Source: an uncultured virus (IMG/VR IMGVR_UViG_3300031224_000010) (Duplodnaviria > Heunggongvirae > Uroviricota > Caudoviricetes). Taken from it: a stretch of 64,000 nt of DNA. The notes under the pieces are model-generated. The model made no database searches. It saw only the letters and a program-made list of their open reading frames with translations, and was not told where the DNA came from. Location of the stretch: IMG/VR virus record IMGVR_UViG_3300031224_000010; one strand, given 5' to 3'. The position numbers were made by a program, and so were the translations under genes. Of the stretch, positions 8,818-18,281 are shown piece by piece; the stretch's first letter is position 1, and every line of letters starts with the position of its first letter.

Positions 8818-9174
8818 TCAAAATTGCAGGGTGAGTGTTGTGTCAATGTCGGTACCGGGTGCGAGCTCTAACGCTCCGAACGCGCGGCGGCCAGCAAGGT
8901 CACCATCACTGTCGATGATGGCCATTTCGCGGATGGCCAGGCCCGCAACGTCAGCGCCCCGAAGCACATCAGAAACAGCCAAAACGGTGCCGCCGGCGGT
9001 TGCTGATACCACTACTTGTCGGTGCACTTCAGCGCCCAGGGCTGCGTCCTCGTCCGTTGCCGGGCTGCCGTCAGTGCCCCAGGCCGTGTGCGTAATGCGA
9101 GGGGGCGCCGTGGCGGTCGCTACCGCCAAAGCCACTTTTGCCCGGAACTGTTTGTTTGCGGGTATCACGCTCAT
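8818..9174 (-). CDS. Small tail/baseplate protein resembling the gpH N-terminal (tail-collar) domain
   Basis: ITHTAWGTDG...IREMAIIDSDGDL; homologue 43519-43878. Confidence 0.65.
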   Translation of the reverse strand: MSVIPANKQFRAKVALAVATATAPPRITHTAWGTDGSPATDEDAALGAEVHRQVVVSATAGGTVLAVSDVLRGADVAGLAIREMAIIDSDGDLAGRRAFGALELAPGTDIDTTLTLQF

Positions 9175-10259
9175 AGACGTATCTCCGTTTTAATGCGCCG
9201 ATCACGCATTACCGCGTGGGCAGTGGTGCCGATGCTGTTAAGGATTTTGGTGGCGCCCAGGGTTCGGACACCGCTTAGCATTGGGATTCGCGTCTGCTCC
9301 AGGATACTTATGGACAGCGGCCAGCTGCCGTCTATATCACGGTGGCCATCAACGGTTTCGTTTAGCTGCCAGGTGCCATCCACTCGATCTGTTTCAAATT
9401 CGCCAAGGGTCCATAGGTTTCTATTTTCTGAGCGCATACCCATTTCTTTACGCTGGGTAATGCGAATTTCAGCGGAACCCCAGCCCTGGTCTAACGGCTG
9501 GCCAATTGCTTGCTGGCCGGTTAATTGCCAACCGCCATCAATGCGGTCGGCCGCGGTCAAAAGGCGGGGCTTATATTCGCCGGTGAGCCCCCAGCACCCG
9601 GTGAGCAGGCGGGCACTGTGTATCTGCTCGCCTGTGCAGCCGGTGAACAGTTGCCGCACAGTGATCTGAGGGGCAGACAGCATGATTCGGGCGTCAAACT
9701 CGGCAGCGTAGCGGTATATCAGAGCGATCAATTCCGAGCGAACCGGGGCCGCGGCCTCCACTCGCTTGCGCAGCTGGCCTTGGCTGCGGGCGGTCAATGG
9801 CGCTTCGTTTATGTTGAATGCGAGTGCGTACTGGGCCCAGTGTGTTGTGACGATTCGCGGGCCGCCCTGCACTTCCAAGCTGCGCCCATCCAGGCTCCAG
9901 GTGCCATCCAATAGCAGTCCGCCGGCGGCGATCCACTGGTTGCGCTGGGCCGTGTGCTCCAGCAGCTCAACATCGCTAAAACCAAGCACCTCTAATGCGC
10001 GGCGCACGGCCCGAACCGTGCCTCGCTTGCGGCGGATGGGTATAGCGGCATCGATGGCGTTCCGCTTCTGCTGCTCAGTCCATTGGCTGTCCCAGGCGTC
10101 AACGCCAACGGCCCAGGCCAGCCAAGGCAATATGTTTTCGGGGGCCGAAGCGCCGTTCCACACGGTGTGCAAGGGTGCATTTGCCCGTTCGATCAGCGCG
10201 TCCGCTTGCTCGATTCGGCGCTCCAGCGGCGTGGCGTTTGGTGGCAAAAGGCTAGTCAT
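9171..10259 (-). CDS. Tail protein I (P2 gpI-like) with C-terminal DGxWxL repeats
   Basis: SLLPPNATPLER...LPWLAWAVGVDAW...RKRGT. Confidence 0.9.
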   Translation of the reverse strand: MTSLLPPNATPLERRIEQADALIERANAPLHTVWNGASAPENILPWLAWAVGVDAWDSQWTEQQKRNAIDAAIPIRRKRGTVRAVRRALEVLGFSDVELLEHTAQRNQWIAAGGLLLDGTWSLDGRSLEVQGGPRIVTTHWAQYALAFNINEAPLTARSQGQLRKRVEAAAPVRSELIALIYRYAAEFDARIMLSAPQITVRQLFTGCTGEQIHSARLLTGCWGLTGEYKPRLLTAADRIDGGWQLTGQQAIGQPLDQGWGSAEIRITQRKEMGMRSENRNLWTLGEFETDRVDGTWQLNETVDGHRDIDGSWPLSISILEQTRIPMLSGVRTLGATKILNSIGTTAHAVMRDRRIKTEIRL

Positions 10260-11160
10260 TGATGATTACTTGGATGCCGGTGCAGTAAGGGGACTCACTG
10301 GGCTCGCCGCCCAGATCCGCAACAGGTGAATGCAGCGTGACACGCTCAACACCAGGCGCGTAGAGCCGTGACTCCAGGGCACCGGCGACGATTGTTTCGC
10401 CCAGGGCGTGGCGCTCATCGACATAAATTCTTGCCGCCGCGATTGCCTGCTCACGCACGACCGCCGAATCGGGCCCGCCGCGTAACTCGATGGTGGCGGA
10501 AACGCTGAATCTCAAAACCGATGCACTGGCAACCAGAACCGTGTCGGTGAGCGGGCGAGCGTCATCCGCGCTGAGTGCTTGTTCAACGATGTTGACCAGC
10601 TCGGTTGATGCTTCGCCATCGCCCTCTCGTGACAGAACGTATGCCTGCACTAGCCCAGCAAGCGGGCGAACCACTTCTGCATCTTTGATGCGCGGGTCTG
10701 CGCGTAGCGCGAAATAACGATAGGCGTTACGGGATCCGGCTGTGCTGAAGGCGTCATGGGCCAGCAATATCCGGCGCAAATAATCGGTGTCGGACTCATC
10801 AACCCGGACCACTGGCGGCGTTGCGTCGGGTTGGGCTGGCGTGATGACTAGCCGCGGCGTCAAGTAATACGTTACGCCAATGTGATCAAGCTCAGGGCCG
10901 GCAGCGTAGGCGAGCATGAGCGATCGGGCGCGCTCGTTTTGCATCTGCCGAAGCATTAGCTCTCGGTAGGCTGACTCTTGAAGAAATTTGACCAGGGGTT
11001 CGCTTTCGAGCTGTAGCGTTTCCACAAGCTGTTCTCGTTCCGTCTCGGGTGTTAGCTCAATGAGTCGTTCTTTACGCTCAACAAGCAACGACTCGAACGT
11101 CATTGAGTCAATCAAGTTAGGCGCTGGCAGCCTAGAAAGGTCGATCGCGTTATTGCTCAT
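10252..11160 (-). CDS. Baseplate protein (P2 gpJ-like)
   Basis: IDLSRLPAP...ESEPLVKFL...STAGS...PYCT. Confidence 0.93.
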   Translation of the reverse strand: MSNNAIDLSRLPAPNLIDSMTFESLLVERKERLIELTPETEREQLVETLQLESEPLVKFLQESAYRELMLRQMQNERARSLMLAYAAGPELDHIGVTYYLTPRLVITPAQPDATPPVVRVDESDTDYLRRILLAHDAFSTAGSRNAYRYFALRADPRIKDAEVVRPLAGLVQAYVLSREGDGEASTELVNIVEQALSADDARPLTDTVLVASASVLRFSVSATIELRGGPDSAVVREQAIAAARIYVDERHALGETIVAGALESRLYAPGVERVTLHSPVADLGGEPSESPYCTGIQVIIND

Positions 11161-11516
11161 TCGCCTGCGCCTATGTTTACGATGATTGAAAGGCGCTGAT
11201 CGCCGCCGCTTTCGCCTGCAGCGATTGTGGCTTCAATCTCAACTGAAAATAAGCCGGGGGAGTTTGTGCTGGCTATCGATACAACTCTGCTTAGCCGAAC
11301 CCGGGGCTCCCACTGCTGAATCGCGATAGCGATGGCGGCGTAGGCCCTTAGTTGGGTGCCACCGTTTAGCGGCTGGTCGATAAGCTCGGGAAGAAGTGAT
11401 CCATACCCACGGCGCATAACACGGCTGCCGATGGGCGTTGCCAGAATATCCGCGATGCTCTGTTGTATATGTTGGACCCCAGATAATTTTCGTCCGGTTT
11501 TTGCGCTCATGCCCAT
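11157..11516 (-). CDS. Baseplate wedge protein (P2 gpW/gp25-like)
   Basis: HIQQSIADILATPIGSRVMRRGYGS...WEPR. Confidence 0.93.
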   Translation of the reverse strand: MGMSAKTGRKLSGVQHIQQSIADILATPIGSRVMRRGYGSLLPELIDQPLNGGTQLRAYAAIAIAIQQWEPRVRLSRVVSIASTNSPGLFSVEIEATIAAGESGGDQRLSIIVNIGAGE

Positions 11517-11713
11517 TAGTCCACCTTGTATTGGCCGGCTGATGAACCGTCTGTTACAGGTACTTCCGCGTTGCTCTGAACTTCATCAACAACAGCGTTG
11601 GCAATAGCGGTTGCCATGCGATCGACCCAACTGTGCTTGCCCGATGCGGTGGCACCTTGCGCTTTCATTTCTGCAATGATGCGGCTTTTAAGCTGGCCTT
11701 TGCTCAGTGCCAT
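11516..11713 (-). CDS. Hypothetical 65-aa baseplate-region protein
   Basis: Conserved homologue at 46208-46405; tight spacing with neighbours. Confidence 0.75.
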   Translation of the reverse strand: MALSKGQLKSRIIAEMKAQGATASGKHSWVDRMATAIANAVVDEVQSNAEVPVTDGSSAGQYKVD

Positions 11714-11715
11714 GG

Positions 11716-12276
11716 CTATTTACCTGCCGTTACTGTGCTGGATCCATCGCCGTGCGGGTTACCGGTGAAGTGGCAGATGTGGCCCGTTGTTACAACGGGG
11801 TTGCCATCGTTGTGGTGGATTTTCTCGGCATTCACTTTGCACACGCCGCCCACTGCTGTGGTTGCATTGCCGCCAATGTTGATGGTGGCGTTTCCGGCTA
11901 CGTTGATATTCACTTTCCCAGGGAATGTAGCGACCAGTTCTTTCTTCACGTGGTCGTAAGTGATCGTGGCGCCATCCGGATAGACCCGCTTGTGCTCATC
12001 AGCGCTTTTAGACGGTGCGTTCTGGGTGTAAAGGCCGGTGATGATGATGGCCTGGGCCAAGTCGCCAGCGGGTGACAGCAAAATAACCTGTTCGCCGACT
12101 GTCGGCGGATTCCATTCCAAAGTGCTGCCTGTTCTTGCGGATATCCACGGCTGCCACCCGGTGACGTTATCGCCGGCTTTTACTTTCGCCCGTGCGTGGT
12201 CAACGTCCACTTCGGCGATGGTGCCGATGCGAACGATGTTGTTAATCAGGCGGATTGCTTCGGTGGTTTTGTCCAT
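11716..12276 (-). CDS. Baseplate spike (P2 gpV-like)
   Basis: IVRIGTIAEVD...WNPPTVGEQV...YPDGATITYD. Confidence 0.93.
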   Translation of the reverse strand: MDKTTEAIRLINNIVRIGTIAEVDVDHARAKVKAGDNVTGWQPWISARTGSTLEWNPPTVGEQVILLSPAGDLAQAIIITGLYTQNAPSKSADEHKRVYPDGATITYDHVKKELVATFPGKVNINVAGNATINIGGNATTAVGGVCKVNAEKIHHNDGNPVVTTGHICHFTGNPHGDGSSTVTAGK

Positions 12277-12321
12277 GCGGACAGTTTGTGCTGGGGCAAT
12301 GCGCAACAGTAGGCGCGGCAG

Positions 12322-12343
12322 TTGTCAGCCGGTAATGCGACAA
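12322..12343. promoter_or_regulatory. Putative late-promoter box upstream of gpV
   Basis: TTGT-N14-ACAA (one base longer than the other five). Confidence 0.5.
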
Positions 12344-12350
12344 CTTCAAA

Positions 12351-12803
12351 TCAAAGCGTGACGTGTTCCAGGATCTTCTCGGCGATCATGTCCAGGTCCT
12401 GACGGCTGGTGCCCAGCAGTGGGCGAGATGGGTAATCGTATTCCGGGCCATTCTTGTCGACTTTCGCCCGTAGCCCGTAATGGTGGATTCGGGCAATACG
12501 CCCTACTGCACCACTGAACAGCAGCCCGGCGGCGTCTGGCGAGGTATTAATCCGCAGAAACTTGGACGTGCGAATTTTGGTGAACATCGCTTTTTTCCGT
12601 ATGCCTCCCGACTTTCCGCCAATACGGCTTTTCCGTGGCTCCCAGCTTTCACCGTTCGGGCCTTCCTGCTTTTTCATCCGCTCCTGGTTAGATTTGCGCA
12701 GCTCCCGGGCAATGGATTTCATCAGCTTTCGGCGTTCAGCCGGTTGCATTTTTCTTAGCAGGGGCTCGGCCCAGCCAGACAGCGCATCGATGTCGTCAGT
12801 CAT
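12351..12803 (-). CDS. Tail completion/virion morphogenesis protein (P2 gpS-like)
   Basis: WEPRK, IARIHHYG, YPSRPLLG. Confidence 0.9.
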   Translation of the reverse strand: MTDDIDALSGWAEPLLRKMQPAERRKLMKSIARELRKSNQERMKKQEGPNGESWEPRKSRIGGKSGGIRKKAMFTKIRTSKFLRINTSPDAAGLLFSGAVGRIARIHHYGLRAKVDKNGPEYDYPSRPLLGTSRQDLDMIAEKILEHVTL

Positions 12804-13257
12804 CGAAATCTACGTCCTCTTTAAAGTGATGCAGATCCATTATTATTTCCCATTCGGTGGCGTCCATTTCCATAGGCGCTTCGGGCAGCACGTGTTCCAC
12901 GTCTAGGCCCGCTTCGGTGGCCTTTACGATTACTCGCTCGGTTACGTTAACGGTGATCGCTATGTCATAGCTGTTGTTGTTCAGCAGCTCTGCTTCAAAG
13001 CGAATGGTGTTCATGGGGTCATGGCCCGGCTCGCGCACTTGCAGCCAGGACAGTATGGGCAGGACCAGGTCATCCACGTTGCCGGCGTAGTCGGTCACAA
13101 TGATCTGGATTGGGATGGCGTAGGCGTGGCTGAGGTTTTGCCCGGGCCAGAACTCTATGCTGCCGTCTTCGATAAATGTCAGCAGCTTGTCCGGGTTGCG
13201 CTTCAGGCCGGGAACGTTAGCCAGTAAGTGGCCGCGCAGGTCTTCAAGCTTTTTCAT
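12796..13257 (-). CDS. Tail completion protein (P2 gpR-like)
   Basis: LKRNPDKLLTFIEDG...VTERVIV. Confidence 0.9.
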   Translation of the reverse strand: MKKLEDLRGHLLANVPGLKRNPDKLLTFIEDGSIEFWPGQNLSHAYAIPIQIIVTDYAGNVDDLVLPILSWLQVREPGHDPMNTIRFEAELLNNNSYDIAITVNVTERVIVKATEAGLDVEHVLPEAPMEMDATEWEIIMDLHHFKEDVDFDD

Positions 13258-13520
13258 GGCTGGCTCCGGAGTTGTAAATTGATGGCTTCAACCAGCCCGT
13301 TATGTCGAATTTTGCAACGGTGATAGATTTTGGCCCACTCGTTCATTGTGGCGCCGACCGTGCCGCCCTTGCCGTCAGTCAGCTGCGGCAGCTGCTGCGG
13401 GCACTTGGTCAGCAGGTTCTGCTGGTAAGATTGCGGCCTGTCCTGTTGCGGCATTATTGAGCAGGCGGACAAACTCAGGCTCAAGACACACGCGCTGATA
13501 AGTGGGCTTTTGAATTTCAC
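13254..13520 (-). CDS. Outer-membrane spanin lipoprotein (Rz1/LysC-like)
   Basis: Lipobox LSAC; overlaps i-spanin in another frame. Confidence 0.75.
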   Translation of the reverse strand: MKFKSPLISACVLSLSLSACSIMPQQDRPQSYQQNLLTKCPQQLPQLTDGKGGTVGATMNEWAKIYHRCKIRHNGLVEAINLQLRSQP

Positions 13521-13749
13521 GAATAATTCCCCTATCGATAACCCTTTCACTGGGCTCAAGGCGGGCCAGCTGGTGTTCCACTACCCGGGCCACTTCGGAT
13601 TCCCGGCTCATTTCGGCTTCAATCACTTGGCGCGCCACGCGCTCAGCCGTCAGGGCCTGGCTGTCTTCAAACCAGCCGCGGGCCTGCCAGCCTGAAAAAG
13701 CGATCGCGACCATAAGCGCCAGGGGGCCCAGTATTTTTGCGTAGATCAT
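13375..13749 (-). CDS. Inner-membrane spanin (Rz/LysB-like)
   Basis: N-terminal TM helix; lysis cluster position. Confidence 0.72.
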   Translation of the reverse strand: MIYAKILGPLALMVAIAFSGWQARGWFEDSQALTAERVARQVIEAEMSRESEVARVVEHQLARLEPSERVIDRGIIREIQKPTYQRVCLEPEFVRLLNNAATGQAAILPAEPADQVPAAAAAAD

Positions 13750-13949
13750 TCGCGCTGCCTCCCGCTGTGCACATAAAGACCAAACCAGCCGGCAGATGCG
13801 CCGACGACCGTGCTAACGAAAGCCGACTGCGCGGCAGTTGGGTCTGGCAGCGCCATAAACCATTGGCAGATTTGCCAGAACATGATGGCGTACATGGTTA
13901 CCAGTGTCCTGGGTACCGCGCGCCAGGCGTCTAACTGCTCAGGGGTCAT
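13746..13949 (-). CDS. Small two-TM holin-like protein
   Basis: MTPEQLDAWRAVPR...; two hydrophobic segments; homologue 48554-48763. Confidence 0.65.
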   Translation of the reverse strand: MTPEQLDAWRAVPRTLVTMYAIMFWQICQWFMALPDPTAAQSAFVSTVVGASAGWFGLYVHSGRQRE

Positions 13950-13959
13950 GGGCGCTGCC

Positions 13960-14394
13960 TCAGTCAATTCTGTGTTGGGATTTGGTGGCCCACCAGGGGC
14001 GAACGTCGAAGTTAGGGCAGGTTTTGCGGGAATCCAGGTCACGGTGGCCAACAACTTCAGCATCAGGGTACTCCCCCAGCTTTGCGATCAGCCAGCCTTC
14101 CAGAACTAGAAGCTGGTCGGCATCAGGCGCTTTGTTGGTAATAATGCAAATGCCCAGACTGTCGCTATTGTCGCCTTCGCCGTTTTCGTCAAAATCGCGC
14201 ACATGCGCGCCTTGCCAGTAATCTGGCCGGCCTTGCTGCAGTTGCGCATCGCCGGTTATCACGGCGTTATAGCCAATACCTGACCAGCCGCGCTGCTTAT
14301 GCCACCGGTGGATGTCTGCTGCGGTATCGCCGCGATCTGCCGGGCTGTCGCTGATATGCACGACCAGGTACTTAATCTTCGATCTGCTCTTCAT
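13960..14394 (-). CDS. Endolysin, N-acetylmuramoyl-L-alanine amidase (T7-lysozyme/Amidase_2-like)
   Basis: LVVHIS, RWHKQRGWSGIGY, GAHV, VGHRD, KTCPNF. Confidence 0.92.
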   Translation of the reverse strand: MKSRSKIKYLVVHISDSPADRGDTAADIHRWHKQRGWSGIGYNAVITGDAQLQQGRPDYWQGAHVRDFDENGEGDNSDSLGICIITNKAPDADQLLVLEGWLIAKLGEYPDAEVVGHRDLDSRKTCPNFDVRPWWATKSQHRID

Positions 14395-14822
14395 TAGCTG
14401 CCTCCAAGTACGGATATGAGCACTTTCAGTAATTCAGTTCGATAGGCCATCACAAGACCGCCAATGCCCATTAGGGCGTATAATGCGCCAGTGGCGAATG
14501 CCACTTTTCTGGTGAGCTCGCCCACACTCTTCACCAATGATGTGATTGCTCCAGTTGTTGCGCCTGCTATCTCCGTCATTGCGACCACAGTCGCGCGATA
14601 ATCGCTGTCCATGCGCTTACGAAATGATTCCAAGGCCTGCCGGGTTTCGCGCTGCTCTTCTTGTTGTTCGATTCGAGCTTCTCGTACTTCGCTGCGGATG
14701 CCCGTAACAGCGTGCTCAAGTGCGTGAACTCTGGGTTGCAGTTGTTCAAGATCGCGGAGCCGAGCAGCCCAGTCCTGGGCTACCATGTCGTGCAACAGTT
14801 TTTCATTGGAGTCATTGCTCAT
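14394..14822 (-). CDS. Coiled-coil protein with C-terminal TM helix (lysis-associated)
   Basis: Homologue 49557-49970 (DWAARLR.LE.L.PRV.ALE). Confidence 0.7.
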   Translation of the reverse strand: MSNDSNEKLLHDMVAQDWAARLRDLEQLQPRVHALEHAVTGIRSEVREARIEQQEEQRETRQALESFRKRMDSDYRATVVAMTEIAGATTGAITSLVKSVGELTRKVAFATGALYALMGIGGLVMAYRTELLKVLISVLGGS

Positions 14823-14832
14823 AAATCCCCGC

Positions 14833-15039
14833 TTAGTTCCAAAGCTGCACAGTTTGCCGTGCCGGCTGAGCCGGAACCTCTGGCAATCGAATGCGGGTAC
14901 CCATGGCAATTATCGGGCCCTGCTCTGCCAGGCCAGGGTTGGCTTCCAGCACGGCTTCTGTAACGGCAGCTGTGTAGCCGTAATGGCGAAAGCAGATGCG
15001 GTCTACCGTGTCGCCCTGAATGGCTCTTACGTCAACCAT
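14833..15039 (-). CDS. Tail protein X (P2 gpX-like)
   Basis: VRAIQGDTVDRIC...ANPGLA...TVQLW. Confidence 0.92.
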   Translation of the reverse strand: MVDVRAIQGDTVDRICFRHYGYTAAVTEAVLEANPGLAEQGPIIAMGTRIRLPEVPAQPARQTVQLWN

Positions 15040-15500
15040 CAGATCAGCTCCACAGTTGTGCGCCGGGCGCCGCGAACATCCGACAGCGCCCAGGCAGCAT
15101 TACGCCGGTAATCATCGTCTGCGGGTGCCAGTGCACCGGCTTTCTGATGACCTTTGCCGGTGGTGTCGTAATCGCGATACCGCTCGATCAGGTCCGCTTT
15201 TGCCAGGCTATAAACGGCACGCAGATAGAGTTGCTGGTGATAGCCCGCACGCTGCCAGGGCTGAATGGGCATTCCAGTGATGTCGGTAACGCCACTGGCA
15301 ACCTGTTCCTGCACCCAGTTGCTCAACTGATCGTTGGCGTCAGAGATCGCAGCCTCCAGTGCGTGCTGGCATCGCTCATTGGTCACCGTGCCATCCACGC
15401 GTGTTGCATCGCGGAATGATTCGACGGCAATATCGGGAAAAAACGGGGCATTCGTGATGATTGCGGGTTCGGTAGGCCCGCCGGCGGCGATCAGGCTCAT
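15039..15500 (-). CDS. Head completion/stabilisation protein (P2 gpL-like)
   Basis: FFPDI...YLRAVYS...ERYRDYDTT...RTTVELI. Confidence 0.92.
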   Translation of the reverse strand: MSLIAAGGPTEPAIITNAPFFPDIAVESFRDATRVDGTVTNERCQHALEAAISDANDQLSNWVQEQVASGVTDITGMPIQPWQRAGYHQQLYLRAVYSLAKADLIERYRDYDTTGKGHQKAGALAPADDDYRRNAAWALSDVRGARRTTVELI

Positions 15501-15602
15501 GCTTGCTCCTATGAAGGCGGTGGACGGGGCCGAAGAGTTGCAGGCAAAGCCGCAAATCATGGCCCCGTGCCGCCTTGGCGTCGGGGGCCGACTCGGTAAC
15601 GG

Positions 15603-16265
15603 CTATTCGCCGGAATCTTTCAGATTTCGCTCCAGGCGCTCAATGTCTTTCTTCACACCCACCCGTTCATTCAAATCCAGAGCGCGGTTCAGGGCAGACA
15701 GCGCTTGCTCGTCATTCCCTTGGTCGCGCAGCAGATAGCCGTAGGCTTTGAACAGTTTGGCTTTCACCTGGTCTTGCATGTCCGCATCGGCAAACAGATC
15801 AACGGCCCTACGTAGCTGCACCGGCAGGTCTTCCTCAACGGTTTCATTGGCTATGGCCAACAAGCTGAACACGGCAACTTCTTCAGCTGCCAGTGTTGCG
15901 GTAGTACGTGCGTACTTGTCCGGGGTTTGCATACCGTGCTCTATCGCGTATTCCGCGATATCCAGTCCGGTTTTGACGTCACCAATATCCAGATACCAAA
16001 CCATCAGGGTTACCAGGACATCGTCTTGCTGGCCGGTACCGGCTTCGAGTACACCCTGCACATAGCTGTCGTACTTCGGCAGCATTTCGCGCTTCGCGTC
16101 GATCTTGCGTTCGATGCTTTGAATGTCGTGCAGCCGTCGCGAGTCTTCAATTATTGCAATCCGGTGCAATTCGTGGGACTCGCCTTGCGGGCGCTCTGGC
16201 GAAGACTGCGCCGCCTCCACGGCGGCGCGTACTCGCAAGAAATGTTTTCTTGCTGGGCTTGTCAT
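15603..16265 (-). CDS. Terminase small/endonuclease subunit (P2 gpM-like)
   Basis: MTSPARKH, IQSIERK, QDDVLVTLMVW, GVKKDIERL. Confidence 0.92.
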   Translation of the reverse strand: MTSPARKHFLRVRAAVEAAQSSPERPQGESHELHRIAIIEDSRRLHDIQSIERKIDAKREMLPKYDSYVQGVLEAGTGQQDDVLVTLMVWYLDIGDVKTGLDIAEYAIEHGMQTPDKYARTTATLAAEEVAVFSLLAIANETVEEDLPVQLRRAVDLFADADMQDQVKAKLFKAYGYLLRDQGNDEQALSALNRALDLNERVGVKKDIERLERNLKDSGE

Positions 16266-16276
16266 ATCAACCTCGA

Positions 16277-17281
16277 TCAAACGATGGTGATGTTTTCAAC
16301 CACGCAGCCGGCGCCGAAATCTTCAACCACATAGGCTTCGTTTGAAGACTCGTAGTTCTCGATGCGGTTACGCTTTGGGTTGTCGATCACGTGACGGCGA
16401 CGGGCGCCGGACTGGTAGTAAATCGACAGGTTTTCCAGCGTTGTGATCATCAGCGCGCCTTCTGGGAAGAACGGTGCTGAGACGGCAGGAAGGCCGCCCA
16501 TTCGCTTCTGCGAGACGATAAGGTCCGTGGCTGATTTTTCAGACGGGGTCTGATTGTCGTTGATCAGCGGAAAATACTTGTCTTGCAGCAGTGCGCTGCC
16601 CACCATGACAACCAGGTCCGGATTTCCTTGGTGCCAGGTTTCAACCATGCTGTGCAGGGCATCGTAAACAAGGGCGTCTAAGTTCTTGTAGTCGCCAGTG
16701 GAGCCAACATTCACCTCGCCGGACTCGGCTACCACTTCGGACATCACGCGCTCGGGTGCACTGGCGCGGTAGTGCTGCAACCAGCCGATGTTGACGTCCT
16801 GCAGCAACTGGTTTGTCGCGCGGTCAGTTTCCACAGCCGCCGATGTGCCGTTAAAACCGATCATGATTCGGTCGAGCGCTTGCTGGCGCAAAATCGCATC
16901 GCGAACAAGAGCCTGGAAATTCGGGAACTTCGCCCAAGCATCAATTTTGGCGTATGGCAGCGCGGTGTCGAACTCGGTCAGCAGGCACTCGTAGCCGTTA
17001 CTACCCAAATCGCTAACATCCCGCGGCGCACGGTCTTTGCTGGACACGTTGGTGCGGCCGGCAATACTACCAACGCCAAGGCCAATTTTCGCGCCCTTGA
17101 TTTCATCAACGCCAATCATGTTGATGGCCTGGAGCAAAGCACTGGATTCCTGAATTCGTCTTTCCAGGGTTTGCTGTACAGACGGCGTTACGTTGAACTG
17201 CTCAGCTGGGTTTTCTGCGCCATTCAGTGTCGCGATCTGAGAGCGCAGCTTGTTAAAAAGTACCCGTGTTTCATTACGCAT
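16277..17281 (-). CDS. Major capsid protein (P2 gpN-like)
   Basis: PSVQQTLE...QESS, ALDRIMIGFNG, LLQDVNIGWL, ENYESSNEAYVVED. Confidence 0.96.
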   Translation of the reverse strand: MRNETRVLFNKLRSQIATLNGAENPAEQFNVTPSVQQTLERRIQESSALLQAINMIGVDEIKGAKIGLGVGSIAGRTNVSSKDRAPRDVSDLGSNGYECLLTEFDTALPYAKIDAWAKFPNFQALVRDAILRQQALDRIMIGFNGTSAAVETDRATNQLLQDVNIGWLQHYRASAPERVMSEVVAESGEVNVGSTGDYKNLDALVYDALHSMVETWHQGNPDLVVMVGSALLQDKYFPLINDNQTPSEKSATDLIVSQKRMGGLPAVSAPFFPEGALMITTLENLSIYYQSGARRRHVIDNPKRNRIENYESSNEAYVVEDFGAGCVVENITIV

Positions 17282-17292
17282 TTCGTTTTCCT

Positions 17293-17326
17293 TCAGCAGT
17301 CGGTCAGAATCAGCAGTCGGTCAGAA
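17293..17326. repeat. 17-bp perfect tandem duplication at scaffold stop codon
   Basis: TCAGCAGTCGGTCAGAA x2; single copy at the homologous site near 52616. Confidence 0.85.
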
Positions 17327-18122
17327 TTTCTTCGTGGCCACCGGTGGCAGGGTCGCGTCTGCTTTGGTTGTAGGGGCTGGTTTCAAGATCGGTTTTCAGC
17401 GCGGTGAATTCCGCTTTAAGTGAGTCCAGCGCAGTTTTCATCTGGCTGTACTCACTGTTCATTTCATCAATTGACGCGCGAAGTTGCTGGGCATCGGTGA
17501 CAAACAGCTCGAGTGTTTTTTCCAGATCCGCACGGAAGTCACTGAATTTCGCCGCGCTCGCGTCGCGATGCTTTGAAAACAGTGCCTTCACCTTGGTAAA
17601 CAGGGTGTCGGTGTCAGCGGCCGGGGGCTTTTCTGCAAAACCCAACTCCGCTTCCAGCGCTGCAGAAAACAGGTTTTCCGGGCGTTGCTTACGATTGGCC
17701 AGTGGGCTGTCTGTTGCCGTGCTGCTGAACTGGAGCATTTCGGTGCCCAGGGATGAGGGGGAATCCGTCACGGCCAGGCCTACCATGTACGCTTCGCCGG
17801 TGCCTGCAAAATCAGGATCCACTTCGATGGACGTGTAAATCTTCTGGCGGTCTTTCGACATTTTCACCAGATCATCAGTGGGGTCGACTTCTGCGAACAG
17901 CTCCAGCTTGCCTTCCGCGTTTTCGCGGGTTTCCAGGCTAACCACATCGCCGAAAGCCTTGAACGCGCCATCTGCCATCATGCTGCGCATGTGCTCAAGC
18001 CAAATCCGCGCCCCGTATTTCTCGGGATTGAAATTGGCAGCCATCTGTTCAATCCAGGTGCGGCTTATTGCGCGGCCATCCGTAGTGGCCCCTTCCGTTG
18101 CGACTCGAAATTTCTTTTTCAT
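17310..18122 (-). CDS. Capsid scaffolding protein (P2 gpO-like)
   Basis: FRVATEGATTDGR, QKIYTSIE, GLAVTDSPSSLGTEML, C-terminal LTDC. Confidence 0.95.
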   Translation of the reverse strand: MKKKFRVATEGATTDGRAISRTWIEQMAANFNPEKYGARIWLEHMRSMMADGAFKAFGDVVSLETRENAEGKLELFAEVDPTDDLVKMSKDRQKIYTSIEVDPDFAGTGEAYMVGLAVTDSPSSLGTEMLQFSSTATDSPLANRKQRPENLFSAALEAELGFAEKPPAADTDTLFTKVKALFSKHRDASAAKFSDFRADLEKTLELFVTDAQQLRASIDEMNSEYSQMKTALDSLKAEFTALKTDLETSPYNQSRRDPATGGHEEILTDC

Positions 18123-18215
18123 GTTGCCACTCCAATGCTTTATGGGCGATTCTGTAAAACCTCATCAGTAGCCCACAGATTCACGGCATAGCCGTTCAAT
18201 TCCAACGTGTTGCAC

Positions 18216-18236
18216 TTGTCCCGGTCTATCGAACAA
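18216..18236. promoter_or_regulatory. Putative late-promoter box in divergent O/P intergenic
   Basis: TTGT-N13-ACAA. Confidence 0.6.
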
Positions 18237-18281
18237 AACCTGCACCAATAACGGCACCGCCGCAGCCATTACGCTGGGCGC

